From Octopus vulgaris (taxonomy: Eukaryota), in assembly GCA_951406725.2 (NCBI GenBank), contig OX597816.1:177568001-177632000 (forward strand): a stretch of 64,000 bases of DNA, in the 5' to 3' direction. Under the pieces are notes generated by a model. The model saw nothing but the letters and a program-made list of their open reading frames with translations, was not told where the DNA came from and did not search any database. Positions 49,156 through 60,748 of the stretch are shown one piece after another. Position 1 is the first letter of the stretch; the number at the start of each line of letters is the position of its first letter. The position numbers and the translations under genes are program-made.

Positions 49156-51005
49156 TGTTTTTTTATTACCCACAAGGGGCGACGAAGAGGGGGACATTAC
49201 AAGGCAGGACATGGGGTACATAAAATAAAATAAAATATGAAGTAAAAATGAATTTTATGTAATGAGATGGAACGGCTTACGAACCCCCAACTCGCAGTTC
49301 CGTTTAAAATACAATTATACATTTCATATATTCCAATACAATTTTACAGTTACAATAATTTTACAATTTTACATTTCATATATTCTAGTTCAAAATACAG
49401 TTTTTCCAGTTACATATATTCAGTTCAAAGTACAATAATTTTACAATTTACATGTTAACATTACATATATTCTTGTTCAAAATACAACTTTACATCATAC
49501 AATTTACAATTAACAATTCTAATTCTTTTTCTTTTACGTTAGACGCTCGTCCGTCATATAATCCAATAGATCCATTTGATCTATTACATCTGGTAATTTA
49601 TCATACCGTACATAATGCACTATGTGCATAGCATTATATATCTTTTTTAATTTTATGTATGTCTCTTTGTCTATAATGACGCCTTTTACATCTTCACCAT
49701 ACAGTTTTGGGTTCACCTTCACCCTGACCAACCCTTTCTTACCTACCAGTCTCTTTTCCACTTCTGTATTCTTGATATACATCACAACTGCCTTCAAGTT
49801 TTTTCCTGTAGGTCTTCTTCCATATTTACACGATTCCAATTGTTCGTTCACTCTTTTCTCCCATTTTTGTTCAAACTCTGTCCTTGGCCACTCTCTCTCC
49901 TTCTCTTTTACTTCCTGTCCTTTGTATGTTTTCTCTTCTGCTATCTTACTTTTGATTTTTTCTTTTTTAGATCTTTCGGTGGTGATTCCACCCTTGATCT
50001 CTTTCTATCTTCTGTTTTTTCCTCTTCTACACTTGCTCGTTCTTCCTCATTTAACTGCTCCTCCATTCGTGTTTCCTCCGCTTTCGCTTCCTCCACACAC
50101 GCATCTTTACACTCCTCTATCACAACCTCTGGTGCTTTTGTTTTTTCTCGAGGGCACACATCCTTCATGTGGCCCCTCGATTTACAATTATAGCAAATTG
50201 GGGGTCTTCCCTCTACCACAACTCGGAGCCGAGTCTCGTCAGGGTAGACCAACTCCTCCGGGATGTTGTACAGGTCCCTCACGGTTATGTGTGCCAGAAC
50301 CTGCACCGTATATCCCCACCACTTCACCTCTGCTGACTTCTCCACCTTCAGTACTTCCACATCATCCTTGCAGTTAAACAGCACTGCTGCCAGCAACCTT
50401 TCCATATTAAATTCGGGTGAGATTCTATTGATTCTCATCCTCACTGCTCTCCTTCCACAGTAACTTGGTAACAAAGTCCACTTATCCGACTTCAAAATTC
50501 TTGTTGCATTCTTTTTTGCCTCATCTTCTGTTTCAAAATATACCACAACCGTGGCATATTTCTTTCCTCTTTGAAAAATGTGGGTTCACCCTCAATTTCC
50601 TTCAGACACTTTTCTACTTCTTCTATTTCCGCTACTTCAATTTTCTTCGACTCCACGCACCACGTCCTGTACGTTATAGTACGCTTCTCTGCACTGCTTT
50701 CCTCCTCCTCGGACGGTGTGACTCTTACGCAGTCACCCTCCCTCTTTAAACTGTCGAAATACTTCTGTAAAGTCTTCTGTTCGACCATCACCTCCTCCAT
50801 TTCCAGTTCACCGGCAACCAGGCCTCTGCCTGCCGCTCGCGCGTAAGTCTGCTCTTGCATTTTCAAGAAAAAATTATTCCACGTCCTCCAACGAACTCGA
50901 ACTCACAACCTCTTTACTCGAAATAAACACACCAGAATAAACACACCAGAATAACTCCAACTAACTAACTCAAAAAAAACACGGGAGCCGAAAAAAACGC
51001 GACCG
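49156..51005 (-). mobile_element. ORF1-only retroelement D (close relative of C), flanked by a 30-bp duplication
   Basis: TTTTTCCTCTACATTGTATACTTTATAGAC occurs at 49126-49155 and 51006-51035. Confidence 0.8.
49534..50860 (-). pseudogene. ORF1/gag-like, broken into three ORFs
   Basis: ORFs 50492..50866, 49941..50546 and 49534..49851 together reconstruct the copy C protein. Confidence 0.75.
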
Positions 51006-51543
51006 TTTTTCCTCTACATTGTATACTTTATAGACAATAGTCTTTTCTTTAATTTCATTTTTTATTATCCATCTGGACTATTCCATTTCTGCACGCTAAT
51101 TTTATTTTTATTTTTAATTTATTCCCATTCATGGGAAACCACTTATTCAAGTTCAAGTCATTGATGCAATTCTATACCAATTGCTATTTTTACTTTTTTT
51201 ATGTTACGATTATATTATACTTTAGTTTGATTTTAATTATTACTTACTACATATAATTCAATTGTTACTATTTTTTTATTGTTAAAGTGAAAGTATCTGA
51301 CATAAAATAGAGAAATGTTTTTGTTTCACTTTTATCACGTTATACTGGAATAGTGGGGAAGATATGATATTGCTGTGGGCTCGCCCTAGGCAAAAAGTTA
51401 AACATTTTTTTTGCCGATGACACTCCCCGGACCCTAAGTAAGGCATGTGTAAAACTTGAATGAAATTGGTTGTGTAGTTCTCAAGTTTTAGAGAAACACA
51501 CAGACAGACAGACAGACAGACATTCTCAGTTTTATATATATAT

Positions 51544-51589
<46 letters not shown>

Positions 51590-51612
51590 CTGTGTGTGTG
51601 TGTGCGCGCGTG

Positions 51613-51665
<53 letters not shown>

Positions 51666-52224
51666 TTTATGTTCAATTATAATAAAAACAATTTTAGATT
51701 AATCTAATGGGTTACTCTACTTTTTTTGTAGAGTACAAATTTATCGTTCTTAAACAAAAATGTTGTTTACAGTGATTTCGATATATATATACACACACAC
51801 AGCATATATATAAAATGCAAATTGACCTCTAGAAGATTTAAAAACAGAATATCAGAATATTAAGTGCTAAAAGTGCTGAATCACACAAAGCATATTCCCG
51901 AAGCTCTAACAATTCAGCCAATCCAATGGTGACATTGCGTTTCGATATTCTTATTATAGTGGATCAAGTAACTCGATCGCTCTCCTTCATTTTTTGTGGG
52001 TCGCGGTTGGCAGAAGCATTCACAAAGATTTAAATTTGGTATTACCACATTCAGCATAAAAAAGAACACATTTACTTTCAAACCATTTAAAGAATACTGC
52101 AGTTTACAAGGCACAGGAGAAGTAGTATTTTACTATTCCAGTAAGGACAATCCATATATTTATTTAACATCTATATTGAAATTGTCGCTAGATTTATATG
52201 CATTTCTACTAGCTTAACAATGAA

Positions 52225-52810
52225 GGCGCATGGCTCAGTGGTTAGAGCGTCGAGCTTACGATCGTGAGGTTGTGAGCTCGAATCCCGGACCGGGCTGCGT
52301 GTTGTGTTCTTGAGCAAGACACTTTATTTCACGTTGCTCCAGTTCGCTCAGCTGTAGAAATGTAGAATGCTCAAGGTGCCAAGCAGTGGGAATGAACCCG
52401 GAACCATGTGGTTGGTAAGCAAGTTACTTACCACACAGCCACTCCTGCACCTAATAATTTCCTGACTGGCTGGTCCTGTTTTGGATGCCTGGCTGGCCCG
52501 GCCTTGGCTTGCTGGCTGGAATCTGGCCTAGGCTGGCTGCCTGGCCGGAAGTTGGGCTGCGTGTTGTGTTCTTGAGCAAGACACTTTATTTCACGTTGCT
52601 CCAGTTCGCTCAGCTGTAGAAATGAGTTGCGACGTCACAGGTGCCAAGCTGTATCGACCTTTGTCTTTCCCTTGGATAACACTGGTGGCGTGGAGAGGGG
52701 AGGCTGGTATGCATGGGAGACTGCTGGTCTTCCATAAAAACAACCTCGCCCGGACTTGTGTCTCGGAGGGTAACTCTCTAGGTGCAAACCCATGGTCACT
52801 CATGGTCACC
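52225..52810 (+). mobile_element. tRNA-derived SINE family C with an internal templated insertion
   Basis: GGCGCATGGCTCAGTGGTTAG A box and GAGCTCGAATCCC B box; related to 57805-58005. Confidence 0.8.
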
Positions 52811-55588
52811 CCTTACTAGCTTAACTCCATATTCGTGATTAGTGAATTATTTTCATTAGAGTTACACATGCCACATCAAGAATTATAACAGGGCTTGTCT
52901 ACACGATTTCGAAATGTTTTGCTGAAATACCGATAGTTTGTAATCAGTCACTGGTGCTGCATTGATTAAAAGCCTAACTTTCATCGGCTACCTAAAGTTT
53001 CCTCTCTAGGTGTTGTTTAGTCCTAGTTAAGGCCTGATCTAGGAGCAAAACTCTGATCCTAGCTCTCCTAACACGACTGCTCGTCGTCTTTATCACGAAC
53101 TACATTGTCCTTTCGTTTTTGGTGCCCTTTGATCTTTTCTTCAACTGCTATTTCTAGCTGGTCGAGTGACCACATTGAAGTTCCCTCATTGTGTTAATTA
53201 CTTGATCAGACCCATCGAATTCAGGGTAAAACAACACAAAAACTATGGAATGTGCCGTTTCCATAGAAATTAACAACAGTTAAAACTTCAAATATTCCAT
53301 TCCTTACAGTCGAAACTGGATTGCAAAACAATGATATAAGCATTCAGTTTTGTCGCTATGGGAAGTTGAATGTCTAACGTTTATAATTTTCTCAATATAA
53401 ATGTAATCAAATAGCTAGAGACCAAAAAGAAAACAAACTAGGGTCACTGGTTGTTCATCAACTGCTTTACAAAATAACGCAAATAGAGTCGTTCTATTTT
53501 GGAAGTAGTGAGAGTCGTGAAGGTAACTGTATTATCTTAGATGGATATATCTCACATATATAGAGGAAAAATTGCGTATTGGAGGTTAGTGGAATGGGAA
53601 AAGCACGAACCTGTTAAAATAAGTTGAAGATAAAAGTACTCCAGCAAAATACCTGGGCCTTTATTGATAAAGTCATTAGTTTTAACTCGGCTGAAAGGTG
53701 TATATTTTTAGGGGGTTGAAAAACGAATTCATGTCATTCATATTTTTCTCAATTTCTCACGCCCAACTAAAACTTTGCGCCAATGATATCAAGAACAAGT
53801 AACAATGACGAAATGAAATAACTTTCAAGTGACATGCAACTGAAACTAGGATTTGGATTCGAATTACCGAGAATATGCAGTTCACTGACTGCTGATTGCC
53901 TCAGTTTGTGGATAATTTATCTCATAAAAGTGATTCCTATTATTTTTAATGTGCACATAGGACGAAATAAAAATTCACTCACCTTTCAACATTGACAGAA
54001 ATATGTAAACCGTTTTGTTCGGTAGACCACATAACTAAATCCATTAAAATATTTCCTCTTTCAACGATCTGGTTTTAAATCCTGTCAGTAAAAACTTTGT
54101 TTTTGATACTCTGGAATCGGTAATATATGCTGGACGATACAACCGAAATCATCTTGTGTTTGAACGAGAGTTAGCATACATTAAGCTGTAAAGCGTGCGA
54201 CGAGGCACATAGAGCAAAGATAAACTTCCGGCTGAGACCACAACCTTGTTTATATTCCTGAATGAAGTCAGTTCACTTTAACTAAGCCGTCAGTATTGTT
54301 CGGAAGATAACTATCCATTTTCAGTGAAAAGAAACCAATCATTCTTAACTGGATGCCGTTGAAAAAAAGAGAGTTGATTTTTCCGGGCAATTTACGCTTC
54401 AAACTGGAAGTAAAATTATATGAAGTTAAATTAATTTGCCCTTGAAAAGATGCAAATATCAGTTTATTGAGCTCGTACATGGATTCATCCTCAATAAAAT
54501 GTACCCATGTAAGAAATTACTACAAGAAACGATGGTATTTTGTTTAATGGATTTGAGATTAGTTTTCCGTGAGCCAGTCTGAGAACCGGTGTCAATTCCC
54601 CGTTGTAGCCATTTAATTTCCCATATATAAAATTGATTGTGAGTTAATTTCTCAAATCAGTATAACGCTATGATAAAGGTAACTTTCAAATAGTAACTGA
54701 GAAGATAAATTAGCGGATTAAATGTCTTCTAGTATTTAGTTACATCCCTATATATTCTCGATCGCTATACGTTATTTCCTCGTTTGACTATAAAATTAGA
54801 ACCAGTCATATGCTGGGGTAGATTCAATCATGACAATAATGCAATTTCAGTTCCCAATTGAAATCACCACCGCCCCAATTATGCTACCAATGTCTAGTAC
54901 GTTAAATACATGTAACACTTTGCAAAGCTTTATCCCTATATTAAGACAGTTATTGTATCATTTGTCTATTATAGGATCATGACTCATAAGTGTACTACTG
55001 TATGATTGTTTCGAGGTAATTATTATATGATATATCTATTATTATAATATATCTATTATACGGTCATGTTATATCTGAAATAAGTCGTGTTGAATAGGGA
55101 ACAATTTGATATTTCTGAATTACTGCACCTGAAGTTTTTGATGTATTAAAGGCGAAAAATGATGGCTTTCAATGCTGAAGAGCTAAATGAATAACCAAAA
55201 TGTTTCCAAGTTGTATTCGAAGCCATTTCAAATCCAGTTCATAGAAACCATTTTAGAAGAGTATAGAGACAAACTGATGTATGAAATGTATTCTTTTACT
55301 CGTTTCGTAAATTGAAAAGTCGCCATTGTGAGGTATGGCCTTCAAAGACATGTCCACCAATATTTTTAAATTAGCACTCATGTGTGTCGAAAAGATTGGA
55401 AGAAAATAGAACAACAATCAACGTTGGCGGTATTTGAACTAAAAACGTACGAGAATGGGAGTTGTCGACCGACATTTAACCGATTCAATCATTTACCAAA
55501 ATAAAACCAGTCAACTTTTTACAAAATATTATAGAGAGCATTCGTACTAAAGTACTCAGGTAATGCAAGGAAAACTATTATAATTTAG

Positions 55589-55685
55589 ATACAAAATTAA
55601 GAGGAATGACCACTAATGGCGGTTTGACGTCTATATTTAGCATATTAGGAGTCCACTTTAGTGGTCATTCCTCTTAATTTTGTAT
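55589..55685. repeat. 28-bp perfect inverted repeat with a 41-bp spacer
   Basis: ATACAAAATTAAGAGGAATGACCACTAA / TTAGTGGTCATTCCTCTTAATTTTGTAT. Confidence 0.85.
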
Positions 55686-56588
55686 GTAATATACTTTTTA
55701 ATCTTCGGATTTTTAGGGGGTATTAATTGATTAATATCAATTTCTACCCTCATTATTTAATTTTATTATAATTTAGATTTGTTTTGTAAAATTATATCTA
55801 AATCATTAAAATTTCTTTGGCACTACTTAACATTTTAACCCTATAAAATTTTCTGCCATTTTGGAATACTACATATAGATGTATGATACACTTTTTTCCT
55901 TTTTCGCGAAGCCAAGACGTTTTTTTTTTTTATAAATCTACATTGATCATCTTATTAGGAAATAAAAATATTTCTAACATCTGTTCTCTTCTTTTCTAAT
56001 TGGATTTATGAAAATATTTAGACAATTGTCTTTTTTATTTTCGTGTTTTTTTTTCTTCATTTCTTACATGTGTCTAATACACAGGAATGTCAGTTGTTCA
56101 TACTCTGCAAACATAAGTTCGCTAAAGAGGACACATAGACGTTGTTATGATTCCTGTAAGGAAAAGTAAACTTTTAATGAGGTCTTAAATAACTTCAACT
56201 GTCATGATTAGGTTGCAAAGCGGGAGCTGATATCGAGGATACTAAAGAGAGGGCAACAGAAAGTTCGTACGGAAGGGAAGACAGAAAAGAGATAGAGAAC
56301 GATAGAGAAACGGGTACATCAAAGTACATCATGCTGATTCCATTAAAGTTTATTTACTAGTACTAAGAAAAGAGAATAATAAAAGCAACAGTAACAACTA
56401 GCAACAGCACCAGAGATGACTACCAACGAAAGGTGGGTCGCGTTGTGGGCCATTTGAACGTGCTAGAAATAACAGCCAAATCCCTCTCAACCTACACCTT
56501 GTCATCTTAAAAATGGACACATTAGATTTGTCCAGGTGTCCGATTTTAAGAAGTCCAGGTTACACAAATCTTAAAATGAAATAGATAT

Positions 56589-56754
56589 AGGCGCAGGAGT
56601 GGTTGTGTGGTAAGTAGCTTGCTAACCAACCACATGGTTCCTGGTTCAGTCCCACTGCGTGGCATCTTGGGCAAGTGTCTTCTGCTATAGCCCCGCGCCG
56701 ACCAATGCCTTGTGAGTGGATTTGGTAGACGGAAACTGAAAGAATCCCGTCGTA

Positions 56755-56797
<43 letters not shown>

Positions 56798-57013
56798 TTG
56801 TGTGTCTGTGTTTGTCCCCCTAGCATTGCTTGACAACCGATGCTGGTGTGTTTACGTCCCCGTCACTTAGCGGTTCGGCAAAAAAGACCGATAGAATAAG
56901 TACTGGGCTTACAAAGAATAAGTCCCGGGGTCGATTTGCTCGACTAAAGGCGGTGCTCCAGCATGGCCGCAGTCAAATGACTGAAACAAGTAAAAGAGTA
57001 AAAGAGTAAAGAG
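56589..57013 (+). mobile_element. SINE family A, full length
   Basis: Close match to 10290-10735, with an (AAAGAGT)n tail. Confidence 0.88.
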
Positions 57014-57409
57014 TATATAAACAACAAAGAATAAAACTAGTTTCTTTGGTACAAGGCCAGGATTTTTAGGGAAGGGAATTAGCCAATGCCATCTACCCAA
57101 ATACTTGATCCTAATATCTTATATCATAGGTCCCTCGGGGAGGGAAGAAAGACAAAATTGACCCCAGGGGGATTTGAACACAGAACATAGCGAGCCGGAA
57201 GAAATACCACAAAATATATTTTTCCTCAACTCTTTTGTTATTCTACCAGCTCGAATAAATAAATAAAGATAGGATTGTTATTGTTGCAATGCCTTTTAAA
57301 ATCATATATCTGCTCTACCAGTGTCGAGTTGAAATTGAACAGTAAAGAGCAACAATTGTAACAACAGCGTCATCAATATTTACTGAAGAACAAAAGTAAA
57401 AGCTTAAAC

Positions 57410-57729
57410 CACTGATTCCCAACGTGGGGGGATCCGCCCCACTGCTGGGACCTGGGAAAATTGTGGTGGGTTGTGAGAGCTAAATGTTTTTGCTACAGTA
57501 TAGCGCTATTCTCACGCCTTAGTGTGGATATTTCTTTGAGGAAAGTATATGATTGTGTGGAGCCGATACTCAGTACTTAATAAAAGAGTGACGGGTAGAT
57601 TCTTTTGTATAAAATATTTGTGATGGAGTATTAAAAAAAATTTTTTTGTTGTTTCCAAGAACCGATGGGGCATACATTATTCTGGAAAGTTATTGTAGGG
57701 CCCGGGGGAAAATAGTTTGGAAAACACTG
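57410..57729. mobile_element. hAT-like MITE
   Basis: Ends CACTGATTCCCAAC and GTTTGGAAAACACTG; 8-bp TSD GCTTAAAC/GTTTAAAC. Confidence 0.65.
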
Positions 57730-57804
57730 GTTTAAACAATAATGATTTCTGTCATAAATAACATAACACTTATTTTGGGGAGGATTATAGTTGATTATAG
57801 ATAA

Positions 57805-58072
57805 GGCGCATAGGTCAGTGGTAAGAGTGTCAGGCTCACAATCATGAGGTAGTGAGTTCTATTTCCGGATCGGGCAGTGTGTTGTGTTATTGAGCGAGAC
57901 ATTATATTTTACGTTGGTCCAATTCACTCAGCTTTAGAAATTAGTCGTGATGTCGCTGGTGTCAAGCTGTATCAACCTTTCCCTTGGATAACATTGGTGG
58001 GGTGGAAAGGCGGCGAGCTAGTAGAAACGTTAGCACGCCGGGCGAAAAGCTTAGCAGTAATTCGTCTGTCTT
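57805..58072 (+). mobile_element. SINE C / SINE B chimera
   Basis: A SINE C 5' part is joined at GGAAAGGCGGCGAGCT to a SINE B head. Confidence 0.7.
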
Positions 58073-58168
58073 GTGACCGCAACTCGAGCAGGTTCTCAGA
58101 GGCACAAGTGAAACTAGTTTTAATTGTGAACCTCTGTCCTTGTTTGAAAAGGAAATCCGAGCCTTCAA

Positions 58169-58216
<48 letters not shown>

Positions 58217-58429
58217 GCTTGAGAAAACGCCAGAAATTGTTCTTATTGAAGCCTTAATGGAAAGAGATTCTCCTTCGAAACAGCAATCCTCTTCTTCCCC
58301 GCTCCATCGTCTTCCTCGCGCACAAACATCTTTAAGGTAATTCGGTTAATAAAACCAGTTTACATATTTCTCTTACACTCTCTTTTTTATAGCTATCATT
58401 TTACTTGTAACTACAACTTTTCTGTTTTA

Positions 58430-58583
58430 AAATCCTTAAAAAATTATTTTAGGATGGTTTTGATGGGCTGGAACGGATTATTTTAGTTAATTTCAATGGG
58501 AAAATTGATTTGTAGAACGAGTAAATCGTAAAACGAGCTCAGTCATGGAACGAAGTAAACTCATACTGCGAGGTAACACTGTA
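58430..58583. mobile_element. pogo/Tigger-like MITE end
   Basis: Ends ...CGAGGTAACACTG|TA, resembling Tigger TIRs; the other end was not seen. Confidence 0.4.
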
Positions 58584-59324
58584 TTATCAATTTGCATTGG
58601 GGAGCTATCTCCTTTATATTTCTTAAGAATTATTAATTAATTCTTTTCATAACAGATGTAATCATAATTATTTAAAAATAGATTGTTGGCTTACTGCATT
58701 AAATGCCTTAGAACCCACTCAATTTATTCTTCATGCAGAAAGATGCCCCAGGAAATCTTTACAACATGTATATATGTACGTGTCTGTGTATATATATATG
58801 TGTATGTGTGTGTATGTGTGCTTATGTGTACATACACATACATATGAATGTATATACATATAAATAAATATATATAGACATTTATAAATATATAAATTAC
58901 TAAATAGACACACGGGGTTTCACAAAATAGCAACTCCCGGGCTCCATCAAAATATTAGTGAAATATTTTCTGTCTTCGTAGAAATCCATTTAATTCTTCT
59001 TTATTCATCATGGTTTGCCACCATTTAAAGAATAACGTTTATTACCATTTTGAGTTTATTAAACACAGCAACCATCGGCTGCAACTTTTCAATCTTTACA
59101 ACCTACTTCCCTTTGAGAGATACTGTCTTACATGATACACACCGTTAGTGATATAGACTTTGCCTTTTATCAATTTGGATCGACCGAGAAAACAAAGTAC
59201 CGGTCTTACCTTTAGGCCTATATAATCAACTATAAAAGGTAAAGACCCCCTTCGGTCATAAATGACCATGGGATTGCACCTAAAAGGTTCCCTCCTAGAC
59301 ACAAGCCCGGACTTCATCAATGTT

Positions 59325-59674
59325 CTTTTCTACTCGAGGTACAAGGCCCAACATTTTGGGGGACCCCCCAGTACGCAATTGGTACTTAATTTATCGACCC
59401 CGAAAGGATGAAAGGCAAAGTCGACCTCGGTAGAATTTGAATTCAGAACATAAAGACAGACGAAATACTGCTAAGCATTTCACCCGGCGTGCTAACGTTT
59501 CTACTAGCTCGCCGCCTTTCCACCCCACCAATGTTATCCAAGGGAAAGGTTGATACAGCTTGACACCAGCGACATCACGACTAATTTCTAAAGCTGAGTG
59601 AATTGGACCAACGTAAAATAAAATGTCTCGGAAATAGAACTCACTACCTCATGATTGTGAGCTTGACACTCTTA
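59325..59674 (-). mobile_element. Inverted copy of the SINE C / SINE B chimera with a complete SINE B
   Basis: 59452-59674 is the reverse complement of ~57821-58072 and has the same junction. Confidence 0.75.
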
Positions 59675-60299
59675 TATTGGACGGATGGATATGACCTTGA
59701 GAAAGAGAACCACTCTATATAAAGAACAAATCCGTTTCCCGCAATACAGGCAAAATTCCTCTCAGTGAACATATAGCAAAAAGTGCAGGTAACGTCAAGC
59801 CAAATTTCACAGTCTTCCCCTTCTACCAGTGCAAAGACACAATCTCTCCACAAGAACGTTTAAATAAAGAAACTTTTTTCATTGAAAAATACAGAACACA
59901 TCTTAATATGCACGCATAACCAACTTTTATCGTTTTATATATTTCAATTCACGATTACATCACTGTACATAAATACCCTCACTAAACAAGTTTTTCGAAA
60001 CCTGTTTTTGTCTATACATATATATTCCCCTCCCATTACCGAAAGCTGAACAGTTATCTCCCTTACCCACAACAATAACAATAATAACGATAGCCATTTA
60101 CCTCTCCTTATGTTTCTACTTGTGAAGTCATTCACTCGTAAATATCATCACACGTAACATGGACAAAATTTCTTCTTAAGGAAATACATATTCAAATAAG
60201 TAAAACATAATATCATGAATAGCGATAGCGAAACCGGTCGATATATTAAAAATTATATTAAAACTATGTAAAGTGTGCGTATTTTCCTTCTTTTAATTT

Positions 60300-60343
<44 letters not shown>

Positions 60344-60748
60344 TAAATAAATGAATGGAGTTGAACGAAGATGTTAACAAAATTCCTTTACTCTCGACAT
60401 ATATTTCGAAGACAACATGGTTTCATTCCAAAGGAATAAACGGTGCAAGATGCAATCTTCTCATCAGAAAAGAAAGGGAGCCTCTCTCAACAACAAGACA
60501 AACAAAAATTGCGATGACTGCCTACATGGTAAACAAAACGATAATAAGTGTTTTAAAAAAACCGTTAGTAGAATTGACGTCAAAGTTAGATAGTAGGAAG
60601 AGAAGAGTTAAAGGAACAATAGGTAGGGAACAAGTGGAGAGGGAAGGGTATGTTGATTAAAAGAATGTTCAAAGGCTTAGGAAAGAATTTCGCTATTGAA
60701 GTGGAGTGCACGTTAAGCTAATTGTTCAAACTATGATGACTATCGAAA

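Larger units (their letters stand above)
43292..51546 (-). mobile_element. Second copy of the Helitron, interrupted by a 7.1-kb array of ORF1-only retroelements and a SINE fragment
   Basis: 51006-51546 is the reverse complement of 38110-38655 and 43292-43915 that of ~38660-39158, with the same TC start, hairpin and CTAG end. SINE A 3' part at 43395-43523. Confidence 0.85.

Noticed and set aside
44029-50846. Plus-strand ORFs overlapping the ORF1 array
   Set aside because: Antisense shadows of the purine-rich minus-strand ORF1s.
43917-51005. LTR retrotransposon gag genes or a domesticated host gene cluster
   Set aside because: No LTRs, PBS, protease or integrase; the shared polyA-signal tails, duplications and position inside a Helitron favour non-LTR mobile units.
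52225-52300. tRNA gene (also 36350-36420)
   Set aside because: The A and B boxes continue into SINE bodies found elsewhere, with no clean acceptor stem or terminator.
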